Shown: positions 11,848 through 25,430 of the stretch, in pieces | Numbering within the stretch: the first letter of the stretch is position 1 | How the letters are laid out: each line of letters starts with the position of its first letter | NCBI GenBank assembly: GCA_973895155.1 | Contig: OZ316895.1 | Location: 8,544,184 to 8,608,183, forward strand | DNA: 64,000 nt | Reading direction: 5' to 3' | Source: Marsupella aquatica | Lineage: Eukaryota > Plantae > Marchantiophyta | Position numbers and translations under genes: made by a program | Notes under the pieces: model-generated | The model's database searches: none | What the model saw: the letters and a program-made list of their open reading frames with translations, nothing else | What the model was told of the DNA's origin: nothing

Positions 11848-14159
11848 GATATGATCAACTTTTGAAGCTACGTGAGCTTCCAGTTTATTAGTATGAATTT
11901 ACTTTTTATATGGTGATGTCTGGGAAGGTTTGACAAATACATCTAAACTTTGGAATGATTGAATTGATCTACTTTGGAAGCTATTGAACTTCCAATGAAA
12001 AAATTTGAGCTCCAGTTTTTCTAGGAGTAGACAATGTCAATCTTTTTATTTATTTATTTATTTTAAAGGGGAAATTTGTGAAACTCCACAGAAGGGAAAA
12101 GTCAGCCACAATAGTTGAACCCAAGATCTATTGGTCTCTACTTAAGTAAGCTACCACAAAATCATGCCTCTTTGGGTTGACAATGTCAATCTTTATCCAC
12201 GTCACTACAAACATGCCTTGGCGGATTCCCGGAAAGTACCGGCAGAATCTATGGCTAACACATAATATCCGAACTTGCAACTATCATCCAAGGGCAGTTT
12301 CAAGTTATCAAAGGAACACATTCAAGTGTGGATTACATATTTTTTGCCATTCTTTGAGAGAACCTATAGGCTTGACCCCTAGCCTGGGTCCTCACTTAGT
12401 GTAAATACTATGTATACACCTGTGATCAACCCCTCTCTTGACCCTTATTACTTGGCTGCCCCTCCCGCCCCTCCCCCCCTCCTAATGTTTCCAGATTTAG
12501 AAATAAAATAAAATATTTATAATTAAATAAAATAAAATTTGAGGTCTTGTCTCCACCCCTTCCCATCTTCTAGAAGCCCTAGATAAGAGGTTCACAAACC
12601 CCTGGATTTGAAAGTGTTCAAAATAGTTAGTTTACTATTTTTCAATAAATTACTTAATGAAATACATTATGTTTTTCGAATGTCTTCCCAAACCGAGCAT
12701 GGATTTTTTTATTCACCGGCTTGTTTTATAGTTTCCTGTTGTGCAACCGCTGTTGCTTACGCATCTTTAGTATAAGGATAGAGACCAGAGAGCCTACCAG
12801 AAAAGAAACTGTGAAGCTCCGGCATCACCATGTTCTAAGGTATTCATAGAATCTGCAAACTTGGGTTGGCTTCTGGAGGAATTATTGGAGCCCAATGAAT
12901 CAGTTCTGTTGAATAAGTCAATTGTTTTAATGTTTAATTTGTGTTATGACCTAAAGCCTAACCCTAGTTAGTGAGACTCTAAAGGTTGTAGGTAGTTATA
13001 TAACCGCTACCTAGTAACCTACTATATGTACCCCTACTCACTAATGGAAGGAAGAGAGTTGTTGTTGGTGTATGTTCTTTACTATGATGTATGTGTTCCA
13101 TAACACTTTATCAGCACGAGCTGAATGATTTTTTTTAGGTTATGGAAAGTGGCTATGTCTGTGTGAATTTTTGCAGTGAAGAACTGTTCTTGAATGAGAG
13201 GGCTAGTGAACAAGAGCCCAAAATAAAATTGCCCTGGCATCTATAAGTGGGCTGGGTGAATTTCTTTTGTTGAGTGAAGCAAAGCTCTTTACGAATTTCC
13301 AACATAGTCGCCCTTCAATTCTTGGTGGAATACATATCATGCACCAACATCGAATGCAAAATCAAAGTGAAATTTGCAGAACACATCGTGGCGTAGTACA
13401 CCCGTGGTACCCAAAGGAGAAATTAGTCACACGTTGAAGTGGAACGACCAATGAAGTATAATGAGCATTCCAAAATCAAATTGGAGAAAACACAAGATAT
13501 CAGCGATATCAATCAGGGAAGAACTCCCCGCTATATTGGGAAAAGGTCGTACGAACATGATGTAGGGCTCCGCGTTTATCGGTGAGGTGAGAGACTGCGA
13601 GGGATCGTTTACAGGGTGACGCTGCGATGCCGCAATGGGTATTGCAGCTCGGTAATTTTAGTCAGCTTTACCTCCAACGGTGTAATCCTCTAACATTATG
13701 ACCATGCACCCTACCATTCGAGATTAGTCGTTTCAAATTACGCACTATTTTTGGCTAATCCGGTTCTGTCGTGTCTGAACAGTCCCATTGAGTTTGAACT
13801 GGGTAAACACGACTTTCACACACCCAACTACCTCTACTGAAATTTGCCCAGTCATCCACGCACATTGCTAACTAGGCATTTCTTCAAGGAAAGTGACCGC
13901 TGAATTCAAATTGTTGCGAATTTTTGGTACTCGGCGCCTCAGCCCTGGAGCAAGTCACAGATCCTGACCACTTTGAGCTTACAAATGCACACCCATCAGG
14001 CAGCTCTTGGAGTCGGTACTCGGGGCTACTTGCACCTTGCAGCAGCATCCATCCTCTTTAATTTGCGTTCTCACTGGAGCCCAGACGGAATTCTTCATTC
14101 AAATATCACGCATTCTGTTACAGGCTCTCTTTGAGCTGCCTTCCACGTTACAAGTCTGA

Positions 14160-17100
14160 TTCGGTATGGCCAGCGTCCACTCACACAGGAATTCCCGACC
14201 AGCATCGTCGAAATCCACCTCATTGCTTGACCACACACAGCGGAAGTCACCTCAAGGGAACCTCACCACCACAAGAATCCTACCTCCCGGACCATCCCCA
14301 CGATTGATAATGAAGAAGTATTATGCATTCCGCCAGAGATTCTCCAGGTTGGCAGTCGACGCATTTTTGGGAATAAGGTAGTGTTAGGATGTGAATCGGA
14401 ATTCGACGCCCGGCTGGCTCGGGACTGGATTTCGGCATTCAACCAGGAGAATGAGATTAAGTTGGCACTCCACGATGAACTGCCCAATGCTCTTTTCGTG
14501 GTTCAATTTGACACAAACTTGGGGGACAACGTCAAGCAACAGCTGTTGCTGAGATCTCCTCTCAAGGCACTCGACAAATACGCAGCAATGAATGACTACA
14601 AAGCGAATTTTGACCCGTGTAACCAACCAGACTTCAAACACCTGGTATCTATTTACATCAAGCAAGGAAATCCTGTGATCTACGAATTCATCAGGTTCAT
14701 TGTTGCGCCAATGGGAAAGTTTGTGCGTGCTAAGATAGCTCCTGTACTGAACATCATCATATTTCAGCTCTCGTCGAGTCCACACTCAAGTTATTTCGTA
14801 ATAAGGGGAAGTTCCGTCTCTCTGACTCAGTCTGAGGTCGCTACTATCCTCTTTGATTACGTTGGCAGAAATCTGCGGTGTTGTTTTTGCTTCTCTTACA
14901 GGCACTTACCATCGGAGTGCTCTTCCCCACGGCCACACTACTTTGCCAACAAGGCGATACAATTCAACACCCCTCAGCCGGCAATCAAGCAGCCCACACG
15001 ACGCAAGGGAACGGTTGGATAGGGTGGTTTTGCACGAGTGCCAGGGGTGGAGTACAAGGCAAGAGAGGAGGCGGCATTTTGGCGAGCTCGAGCTGACGAA
15101 CAGCAGCAAAGGGAGGAGACTGAATTGCAACACCTGGCTATAAGGGCCCAAGAGTTTGAGATGGAGCAGGCTTCTAAACGAGGCATCAACCCGGCCTCGT
15201 CAGCTACACACAATTTGCACAAACAACGCACCTTCAACAAGTTTGGAAGGGGTAAGAAGCAGGCGTTAAGCAGGGCCTCTACCCATCCTGCCAAGACTAC
15301 TTTGGATACTCCGGCTTTGGGGGCGGAGGAGACATTGTGCACTGCAGCTTCCCCTTCTACGGCTGGGAGGGTGGCTGACAATAGGAAACCATCAACTCCA
15401 AACACCTCTAGCTCTCACAAATCTACCCACCTCAACCCCCGGCTTCCACCCAAGAGAGTGTGGACCATCAAGCCACAGGCGGGGGTGAATGTTGACCCCG
15501 GACTGATGCACCTCAACCAATTGTAGTGGAAGTCACACCACCAAAAGATAAGTCACTTCACCTCAGTCCTGAAACAACGGCACTGCCTCCCCTCAGCATT
15601 GCAAACGTTACCATCCGGAAACGCCTGCAAGACACAACTACATCGGACACGGACTCGGACCCCTCACTTGTTGCACTTGTTGACAAAATCAGCACACCGT
15701 CTAAGAGGAGGAAAATTCAAGACAACCGTGAAGGGTCGTTGCCATTATACTCCACCTTGCCAGGTCATGATGTCTGCGCTCACAATCGTCTCATACAACC
15801 TCAGGGGTCTAGCCTCTAGGAGACGCAGACTCAGGGCCCGCTGCATCTTGGAGGGGCTACACCGCAACCTTGATCTATTATGTATTCAGGAGCACAAACT
15901 TAGGGAGGGCAGGATGCTCAGACTCCAACACAAAGTTTGGCGTAATGCTCATTGGGTGATTGCTCCCGCGACGGATGGGGTTCATTCCATCCGCAACCAA
16001 AATGTTGTTTCAGGGACGGGAGGACTGAGGTGTTTACAAAAGACAGCAAACAGGAAACAGGATTTAATAACTGAAACTCGTCCATCCGCAACCAAAATGT
16101 TGTTTCAGGGACGGGAGGACTGAGGTGTTTACAAAAGACAGCAAACAGGAAACAGGATTTAATAACTGAAACTGGTAACAGGAAAAAAAACTGGTAACAA
16201 GAAAATGGGTGAAATTTTTTTTTTGAATTTATTTTGAAATTTTGTTTTGAATTTTTGTTTTGAGAAAAAACAAACATTCGGTCGACCAGTTTTTTTTTGC
16301 TAGCGCCCGGCGCTACTAATAGTAGCGCCCAAAGCTAGCCAAAAATGTTGCATTGTTAATTGTTTTTGGAAATAACATGTTTTAGGAGATGTTTTTAAAT
16401 TATCATTTTTCCTGGTAATAGTGATTTTTTCCTGGTAACAGCATATTAAAAACAGGAAAAAAAATTATGTTTACCTGTTTCTTGTCTCCGTCGCTATACC
16501 CGGAGGACTGGCCATTGCCATTAACCTCAGACTCCTTCCTTTTGTGGTCTCGGAAGGGAGTCTTCCATGTGGGAGGGCCGCCTAGTGCTGCATTGTGCAT
16601 GGAAAACTAGGGAAGGTTGGATTCCTTGGAATCTATGCACCTAATACGGCAAGGGCACGAACGGAGCTGTGGAGGGCCCTTTTCAACTGTATCGATCATT
16701 CCTTCAAGTGGATTGTCATGGGAGATTTCAACATGCTGGAACAGGTGGAGGATCAGAGAGGGGGAAATGGCATGATTCTACATGGCAGTGAGATGCGCGC
16801 CTGGCGGCACCTCAAGCATAGGCTCCACCTGGAAGATTCATTTCAACACCAACCAGGCCACTTATGTTTCAATTGGGATAATAAACGTTTGTTCCGACAT
16901 GTCCCTGCAATTCAATCTAGCACTACTCTTGGGGGTAGAGTCCTCCGTCGACTTGATAGAATATACACATCTGCGGGAGGCCACAACAGCAAATTCAACA
17001 TTTCATCCACTATTCTCCCCGGAATTGCACTTTCGGACCATACCCCAGTCATTGCCACCTTGTCTCCAACCTCCTTCATCCAACGACCTTCACAAAACAG

Positions 17101-17262
17101 GATGAACACCAGTCGTCAGTACCAACGTGCCTACCAGGATTGCATCACCATTATGTGGGAGCAGGAAGAGGCCTGGGGCAGGGAACGTGGTATTCTGGCA
17201 GACCAATTGCTCATTCGGTGCCAGAGAAAGGTACACAAGATTGACAGGTGTTGGGGAAAGCG
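14160..17262 (+). mobile_element. Degenerate LINE (L1-like): ORF1 with a zinc knuckle plus the ORF2 AP-endonuclease, truncated before RT
   Basis: ORF1 fragments contain CFCFSYRHLPSEC (CX2CX4HX4C). ORF2 motifs SYNLRGL, LCIQEHK, IYAPN, MGDFN, RLDRIY and SDH occur at ~15770-17100. Multiple stops and frameshifts. Confidence 0.88.
16029..16501. mobile_element. Non-autonomous DNA element inserted in the LINE endonuclease, 9-bp TSD (Mutator-like)
   Basis: GGAGGACTG is duplicated at 16020-16028 and 16502-16510, and the LINE frame resumes as GGLAIAIN. The ends share degenerate AGACA..AAACAGG.AAACA inverted similarity, with internal CTGGTAACA repeats. Confidence 0.75.
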
Positions 17263-19040
17263 CATGTGCGCCCCCTTAAAGGTGTCACATAGGGCTGTTA
17301 GTTAGTTTTTTAGCTTATTAAGACTTGTAGTTACCTCTTTCTATGTAATTTCAGTGTAGTTGAAAGCTTTAGGCCTTGGTCAACTTTGAACCTAGAAGAT
17401 TAAGTGAGAAGTTTATAGTGATAGTTTTAAGGTAGAGTAGCCTTTTATGATATTTTAATCAAATCTTTGTAGGTCATGAAAAACTCTCAAATTTTGATGA
17501 GTAGATAGATTTTAGATAGAGAAATCTACCCAAGAAAATATCAGACAAAACGGACATGTCGTTAGGAAGTTAGGGTCATTTTTGTTTTGCATATTAACAC
17601 TTTGGTTCTTTGACACTTAGAATAGTTTTCTGTTTTTACAACTTTATACTAAATTAACATCTTTAGGTATTTTATTGGTAGACTTAGATTAGTCCAAAAA
17701 GTCTGAGTTTTTTCCAGGTAATAGATTATAGGTAGAGGAAACGCACTGGCAAAATTTTAACACAAACGGAGTTCAGGTTAGATTTTTAAAAATCACAAGG
17801 AATAGGCATCTAGTAGTTTTGCCGCAAAACCACTAGGCCGCTAAGCCGTTTGGCCGTTTTGTTGCGAGTTAACCAGGGGGTACTCCTGAGTGAAAAGAGG
17901 GGTACTCCTAAAGATGGTACTCTCATGTGGATGAGGGTAGTCAAAAGAAGAGGAAAGAAGAGGTAGATGAATCAAAGGAGTAAAGAAAGGAATAGGAAAT
18001 TACTTAGTTGGTGATAAGACTGATTGAGGTATGGAGTTAGGTAGGAGTGAAGACCCCATCAACAATTGATTGATGAGATATGGTGGATTAGGTGGTCATC
18101 AGTTGCAAGAAATGAAATGAAGCAATCGTGGCCTGGAAAGACAAGTCGAATTGGAGAGATAATGTCGAATCACAAGTCGTTGAAGTCAAAATCACGGAAA
18201 ACTCGTGGTAAGAAAAATCAGCAACACCAAATATTTTCTGGAGCCACATTTTCTTAACAAAATTGGCTGATAGTTTTTGTGAAGGTAGAAGGGAAGTAGG
18301 CGCACCTTCTGGAAAATTATGAGCACCAACCGAGGTCTGGTTGGTGAGAGACAAATCGGATGCCGGAGGGGGGTCTACAACTTTCTAGCTTTTGGTACAA
18401 ATTTTATTTCGCACCTTCAAGCAAACGAATGTTGTTGTAATCAATTGATTGGTGGGAAGATGATGATGGTGATTAGTTGTGAGTGGGAAGCACCTAAGGA
18501 AGAAGGTGGTAGGTCAAAATGGAGTTAGAAGTTCCACTCGCAAGTCGCCGAAGTTGAAATTCGCGGAAAACTCGTGGTAAGAAAACTTGGCAACACTAAA
18601 TATTTTCTGGAGCCACATTCGCTCCACCAAATTGGCTGATATTTTTTGTGGAGGTAGAAGGGAAGTAGGTGCACCTTCTGGAAAATTATGAGCACCAACC
18701 GAGGTATGGTTGGTGAGAGAAAAATCAGATGCTGGAGGGGGGTCTGCAACTTTCAATTTTTCTGCGCGAAATTCGATTCTATGATTTGAAGCACATGGAC
18801 GATGATTGAATGGAAGTAGGAGCTTGATTAGGAGCTAGTAAGAGAGGGGAACACTCAGCCCATGGTGAGGATTGGATTGGAGTGGATTGGAGTGGCTGAA
18901 AAGTATTTAAGGATTGTAGTTTCTTGAGTGGAGGGACAGATGCCTGGTTGCTTAGTGAAAACTTCATCCACATGGAGTGGAAACTAAGATCCACAAGCAC
19001 TTGATCTCATAGTTGGATAGTTGTAGAGAAGTGAGGAGAA
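17263..19040. repeat. Unclassified repeat, possibly LTR-derived, with an internal ~200-bp direct repeat
   Basis: Abruptly replaces the LINE. CGGAAAACTCGTGGTAAGAAAA...CACCTTCTGGAAAATTATGAGCACCAACCGAGGT...GGGGGGTCT occurs at ~18190-18385 and ~18560-18755. Confidence 0.55.
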
Positions 19041-19079
19041 GGACCCTGGACAGAGGTTCCATTTCTACCAGGAAAATTT

Positions 19080-19430
19080 ATGATGTTACATAAAGTCTCA
19101 GAAGATCAAGGAGCCCCAGCATTACCATTAATGATTCAAGGAGAAATATTATTGCAGGTACCCATTGATGGAGGATCCGGGGTATGTATTATGATTGATT
19201 CACCAGCAAAAGGATGGGGTCCAAAGCCGGAGATGATTGGAAGAGTGTTAAACATGGCCAATGGGTATCAGGTCATTCCCACGGGGGTGTTAACCGGCAT
19301 CAAGACTGAGATAGGAGGTATCTTCTTTAGCATTAACTATGTAGTGATGAAGCCAGTAAACCCTACGTCGTTTCGACTATTAATTGGCAGGCCATGGTGT
19401 GACGCCAATGACATGGTCCTTATTTTGTAA
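19080..19430 (+). mobile_element. Ty3/Gypsy retropepsin (aspartic protease) remnant
   Basis: VPIDGGSGVCIM active-site-like motif, ...MANG..., and C-terminal LLIGRPW. Confidence 0.7.
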
Positions 19431-19684
19431 TCTGATTAAGTAGGTTGCTGTATGCAAGGAGTAGCTATTGATATTGCATAACAATTAGCAAGCTGGCAAG
19501 AATAAGGGCAATCATGGCGTTAAGAGTAGGGATAAAGGTATTTCAGCTTGAAGACTGCACAACCAAGGCAGACACAGTTGAGGTAGTCACTGTCAAGGCC
19601 ACAAAGGAGAGCTGGGGAAGAGAGGAGGAAGTGAGTCTCCATAACTGAATATGAAGCTGTGTGGTATGGTGACAGTCCTCACCC

Positions 19685-22600
19685 TATACGTTGATAAAGT
19701 ATGATGGGCGCATAAAATATTTGTTATGGGAGAAGCAGGTTAAGGGAATTCTTCGTGCTATGGGCCTAGATCATCTGCTATCGACTTGAGAGGAGTCTAG
19801 CAATGAGGAGGAGATCCCGTTGAGGAAATGGAGGCAAGAGCAAGTGATCGCTGTAAATGCAGTTATGCTGTATCTGAAGCCGCATATCATTAAGAAGTTG
19901 GAGAATTACAAGGATTGCGTATCCTTATTCAAGGCCCTTAGAGAGAAGTACTACCGCGAGGATGCCTCAAATCGGTTGTACAATAAGTCTCTCTTGATGA
20001 GCTTGAGGCTAAAAGAAGGAGGCAAGCTTCAAGAATCACTTGGATGAATTCGACAGCCTAGTTGTAGATTTGTCAAATCTTGGCAAGAGAGTGGAAGATG
20101 AAGATAAGGCATTGCTTCTTCTCAGCTCCTTACCCCCATCATATCAAGATTTGAAGCAGGTTCTCTTGTATAGAGACCTCAAACCATTTCATGTGATGAG
20201 ATGGTAAGCTCTTTGCTGTCAGATGATGCACAGAAGAAACTGGGTCATGTCCAGACACCATCTTCATCTGGCAGTGTGTTGAATGTGAACCGCGAGAGGA
20301 CTCAACAGCGGATGACTAGTGAAAATAGGTCCTTTTCATAATCATACCCCTCACAAAATAGAGGCAAGGAGAAGGTTCGATCTAAGTCTAGATCCAGGTC
20401 TAGAAAGAAATCTCTAGAAAGGAAACCGATTGTATGCTGGAAATGTAACAAGCCCGACCACATGAAAAGAGACTATTGAGTCAAGTAGACTAATCAACCA
20501 TTAACAAACGTAGTCATTGATATTAATATGATTGACTTGCTCGATGATAAAATCTTGTGACGACAAGATGTTGCCCTTTGCAGTTTATCCAAAAACAACG
20601 GTGATGAGTGGATTTTGGATTGTGCTCGTACATATCATATAATGTAGAAAAAAGAGTTTTTCAGTTCTTACTCAGTATCAAACGGTTTAGTGTTGATGGG
20701 GAATGATCACCCGTGTCCAATTATTGGAATTGGATCTGTGAAGATTCAGATGTTTGATGGAGCTGTGCAAATAGTGAAAGATGTTAGACATATTCCTGAC
20801 ATGAAAAAAAACTTGATTTCGCTAGGAGTGTTGGAAGCAAATGACTATCAGTGGAGTTGTGCTAATGGTGTACTTCAGGTGTCAATAAAAGGCAAAGTTG
20901 TCCTGAAGGGTAAGCGGCACAATAATCTCTATTTATTGGAGGGCAATGTAATCAAGGACGAAGCCAATATAACTCGTGAAAATATGACTCGATTGTGGCA
21001 TTGTAGATTGGGACACATGAGTGAAAAAGATTTGGCGGTCCTTTATAAGAAAGGACTTATTTCTAATTTGGAATCATCTAAGTTAGACTTTTGTGAACAT
21101 TGTGTGCTTGGGAAGCAGCACAGGAGAACCTTTGGTGTTGGAACGCACAATACCAAAGCTATACTTGAGTATGTACATAGTAATGTGTGGGATCCAGCCC
21201 CAACTCCCTCAATTTTCGGAAAATTGTACTATGTCACGTTCATTGATGATTACTCAAGGTATGTGTGGATCACATTTCTACACGCCAAGTTTGAAGTTTT
21301 TGGCACTTTTAAGAAGTGGAAAGCCCAAATCGAGAATCAGACTAGATCCAAGGTGAGATATCTGCGATCAGATAACAACGGGGAGTACGGTTCAAGTGAA
21401 TTTGAACTGTATTATGCAGAGCAAGGGATTACTCGCCATCTCACGACAGTTTATACTCCTCAACAGAATGGTGTTTTTGAGTGGCTAAATCGAACACTAT
21501 TGGAGCGATCGAGAAGTATGTTGAGTCAATCAGGTTTACCACATGAATTTTAGGCTGAAGCTGTAAATACGGTAGCTTATTTGGTAAATTTTTCTCCTTT
21601 AAGTGCAATCAATTGCAAGACGCCGTTTGAAATGAGGTATGGACGGCAAGCAGACTATCACGTTTTGAGAATCTTTGGAAGTGATGCATATGCTCTCACA
21701 CCTAAGCAAAATTGATCTAAACTAGATCCGACTTCCAAGAAATGTATTTTTTTTGGTTATCAAAAGGATGTGAAAGGTTACAGGCTATGGGATCCAGCAG
21801 CTTCCACGTTGCTTGTCAGTAGAGATGTATTCTTTAATGAATCCCAATCATCAAAGGAGGGGGAGAATGCTCAGACTTCCCGTACTAACAAACGTAAATC
21901 TCCTATCCTGGACCATGTTGAGGAGGAGATTGGTCATGAGGGTTTTTATGAAATAGTTGAAAGAGGTGCTCCAATAATGGAGTTGGTTCCGGTGATGGAA
22001 CAAGAAGAGCAGGTTGTTGTTGGAATACCTCAAAATCAACCAACAGAGCAAGATCAGCCAGAATCATTAGCTAGAAAATCAAGGCAAACTACTCGAGCTC
22101 GTACAAGGTATGGACAATGGACAGATCATCAAGGTTAGATGATATTGACATTGCACCTAATGATGATGACAGCGCATTGATCTTGGAAGAAGGAGAACCG
22201 TCTTCATATCATGAGGCAAGCATTTTAGACGAGAAAGATGAATGGAATGCAGCAATGCATAGGGAGTTGCAATCTTTAAGTGACAACAAAACATGGGAGG
22301 TGTTGCAACTGCCAAGTGATCAACAAGTGGTGGATAGCAAATGGATTTACAAGCTGAAGGATAACTCTTCAGATGGAGGAGACAAGAATATACAAAGCAA
22401 GGCTTGTTGCTAAGGGATTCACTCAGGAGAAGGGAGTAGATTACAATGAGCTCTTCTCACCAGTTGCCAAGTATTTCACAATACGAATTTTGTGTCAACT
22501 TGTTGTGTTTTTTTATCTGGCGATAGATCAAATGGATGTTGTTACTGCTTTTCTCTATGGCACCTCGGAGGAACAAATTTTCATGAGGCAACCACTAGGC

Positions 22601-24311
22601 TTTGTGAAGAAGGACCAAGAGAGTTTAGTTTGCAGGTTGCTTAAGTCCCTGTATGGATTGAAGCAAGCTCCTCGACAGTGGAACAAGCGGTTTGATGATT
22701 TCATGCTTGCACAAGGATTCACTAGAATGGTATATGACCCTTGTGTGTATACAAAATCAGTCAAGAATGGTGTGTTTGGTTTACTCATTCTGGTGCTCTA
22801 CGTGGATGACATGTTCATTGCGGCTAAGGATCAAATTGAGGTTGACAAACTCAAAGAAAAATTGAGTTTTGAATTCCGAATGAAGGATCTTGGGAAAGCC
22901 AAAAGGATGTTAGGTATGGAGATTACGAGAAACTTTGAAACTGGAAAGTTGTGGCTGAATCAAGGCAAGTATGCTGAAAAGGTACTTACAAGATTCAACA
23001 TGGAAAATTGTAAGCTAATAAGTATTCCTTTGGCTCCACATTTTAAGTTATCATCGGCTTTCTGCCCCACGGATCCAGTGGAGAGAGGCTTGATGACTAA
23101 GGTTCCTTATGAGAAGGCAGTGGGCAGTCTAATATATTTGATGACTTGTACCAGGCCTGATCTAGCCCTAGCAATGGGCAAAGTTAGTAGATTCATATCA
23201 AATCCAAGGAAGATACACTAGGAGGCTGTGAAATGGATTCTCATGTATCTTAAGGGCACAATAGACTATGGTCTGTTGTTTGAAAGTAGATCAAACAAAA
23301 CCAAATCTTTGGTTGGCTATGTAGATTCTGACTACGAAGGGTGTCTGGAAACAAGGAGGTCAACGATTGGGTATGTGTTTACTCTTGGAGGAGGATGCAT
23401 AAGTTGGAGATCTACCTTGCAGAAGTGTGTATCTCAGTCTACTACAGAAGCAGAATATGTTGTAGCAGCAGAAGCAACAAAGGAAACAATTTGGTTGGAT
23501 AAGCTGGTCACTGAGATGGGATTGGAGCATGGAAAAATGGCTCTTCATTGTGACAGCCAGAGTGCGCTTCATCTAGCTATTAACCAAGTTATGGATAGCA
23601 GGGTGAAGCATATTGACATCGGGTACCGTTTTATTAGGCAAGCAGTGTCTGATAAAATGTTTGAGCTAGTCAAGATTGATGGAAAGCTCAACCCGGCTGA
23701 TGCTTTTACCAAAGTGATTCCTTTGGAGAGTTACTCAAGGCACCGTGCTACTTTGCAAGTTTTGCATTTGCACTAGGAGAGTAACTTAACAATATGTAAT
23801 TTTTGTATATGGGTTACTCAATCCTGTTATGGCTACGGCTTAATTCTAGTTAACCCTTAGTTAATCTTAAATGGTTTTTAGGGAGACACCTATGGTTTTA
23901 GGTGATTGTCTAGAATTTCCCGCTGAGTATCTCATATGGATAGCAGAAATTGCAGTCCCCAAGACTAGAGTCAAGGGGGAGTTTGTTAAAGATTCTTAGT
24001 CTTGTGACTCAAAGGTTACGGCACTTAGGCTAACCACAGTTAGGTCTTAGCTGAGGTTAGGTTAGTCGTATGTGACCTTGTATATACCAGGGCTAGTGTA
24101 AGCCGTTGGTGTGTTGTGCTTACTCATTGTAACGGAGCAACTTGAGGAAGAGGGAGAGCCTGTGTGTTCGTCTACTCTTGAAGTAAAGCTTGAGTGTTCG
24201 TGTGGACGTAGCCTTGGAGAAGAGGTGAACCACGTAGAGATTGTGTCGACTACGTGTGCATGGAATGAGTAATGATTAGATCGTCATGAAGGAACACGTC
24301 ATAGTTCAACA
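19685..24311 (+). mobile_element. Ty1/Copia LTR retrotransposon, degenerate, lacking a 5' LTR
   Basis: Domain order gag (CWKCNKPDH knuckle), PR (WILDC), LWHCRLGHMS, INT (FIDDYSR, LRSDNNGEY, TPQQNG), RT (YKARLVAKG, YVDDM), RNase H (YVDSD, EAEY, KHIDI, ADAFTK). Several stops and frameshifts. PPT AAGGGGGAG at ~23973-23981. Confidence 0.95.
23984..24311 (+). repeat. 3' LTR of the Copia element (~328 bp)
   Basis: Begins TGTTAAA just after the PPT and ends TTCAACA. Contains a TATA-like TGTATATA. Confidence 0.75.
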
Positions 24312-25099
24312 AGTAAGTGATACTGACTATGTGATAAGTGCAAAATACTTATCACATAGTTCAATACACATTGTTGGCTTCTTCCCGGGAGTGTGCACCT
24401 AGCCATAGGTCATTGTATATATTGACCAGCCAAAACATTTCTTAACTAAACACAGCCAATAACATGCCCTACTGAGCACCAATTCTTTGGATCTACTTTC
24501 CTTGATCTTTTCCTCTTCGTGAAATGTTCAAGTCAGGTTTCCACCTTTTCATTTTATACCACAAGGTATTGTTGGAGTTGTAGTGGATTAATTTATAGCA
24601 TTCAGACTAGACTGTATTTGGCTTCACCCATATCGTACATTTGTGTAGGTGCTAGATGTGTGGTCTTAGTAGACCGGGACTTATTATGAAGGGACTTATT
24701 AAGGATGCGTCTGTTGGTGCCACCTGTAACTAAACAAAACTGTCGATGGCCTGCTAGTGTAGATCATTATGATTGTAGAAAATGTATCACGGCCAGATGA
24801 AAATAACTTATAGCAAAATACAGGGTTTGCAAAGGGCTCAAACATGTGCAAGAGATATACTTAGTAAACCTCCACATCACTCACCACACCAAAAAAATTC
24901 TCTTAATGGACCAAAAGAAGTAGATTCTCTCCCAGTGGACCCAAAGCTTTAGAGACCTTTGGGCCAGTTCCATACAAAATTGTTCTTGTAAAAGTGTTTC
25001 CACACGGTTCAGGCATACTATGCAGACTCATAACACTGTAATTAGTCAAGTATAGTAAGATCAAAAGGTAAATGTGTAGTGAATAACAAAGGCCATAGC

Positions 25100-25430
25100 C
25101 CATGGCCGCAATGGAGCACCCTAGTGCCAATAAATTAAAGTGCAACGGCCTCCTTGCTTGGTTGAATACATTGTGACTATTGTATTTAAACTAGAAATGA
25201 AAAATCTTATAGTTGCATTGGAGCATCCAAGCGTAGTAGCAAGGCCTCTTAACTTGGTCAATTACATTATGGCTAATGTATTTAAACTACAAATGAAGGA
25301 TCTTATGATCGCATTGGAGTACCCAAGCATGGTAGCGCCGCTTCCCAGCTTGGTTGAATATGTTATGGTCCCTGTTGTGCTATTGTGTCCAAACTATAAA
25401 GGAAAGAGTTTACGGCCGCATTGAAGCATG
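25100..25430. repeat. Degenerate ~96-bp tandem repeat (about 3 units)
   Basis: GCATTGGAG.A.CCAAGC...CTTGGT..A.TA..TT.TG...TGTATTTAAACTA.AAATGAA recurs with a 96-bp period (e.g. 25215 and 25311). Confidence 0.7.
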
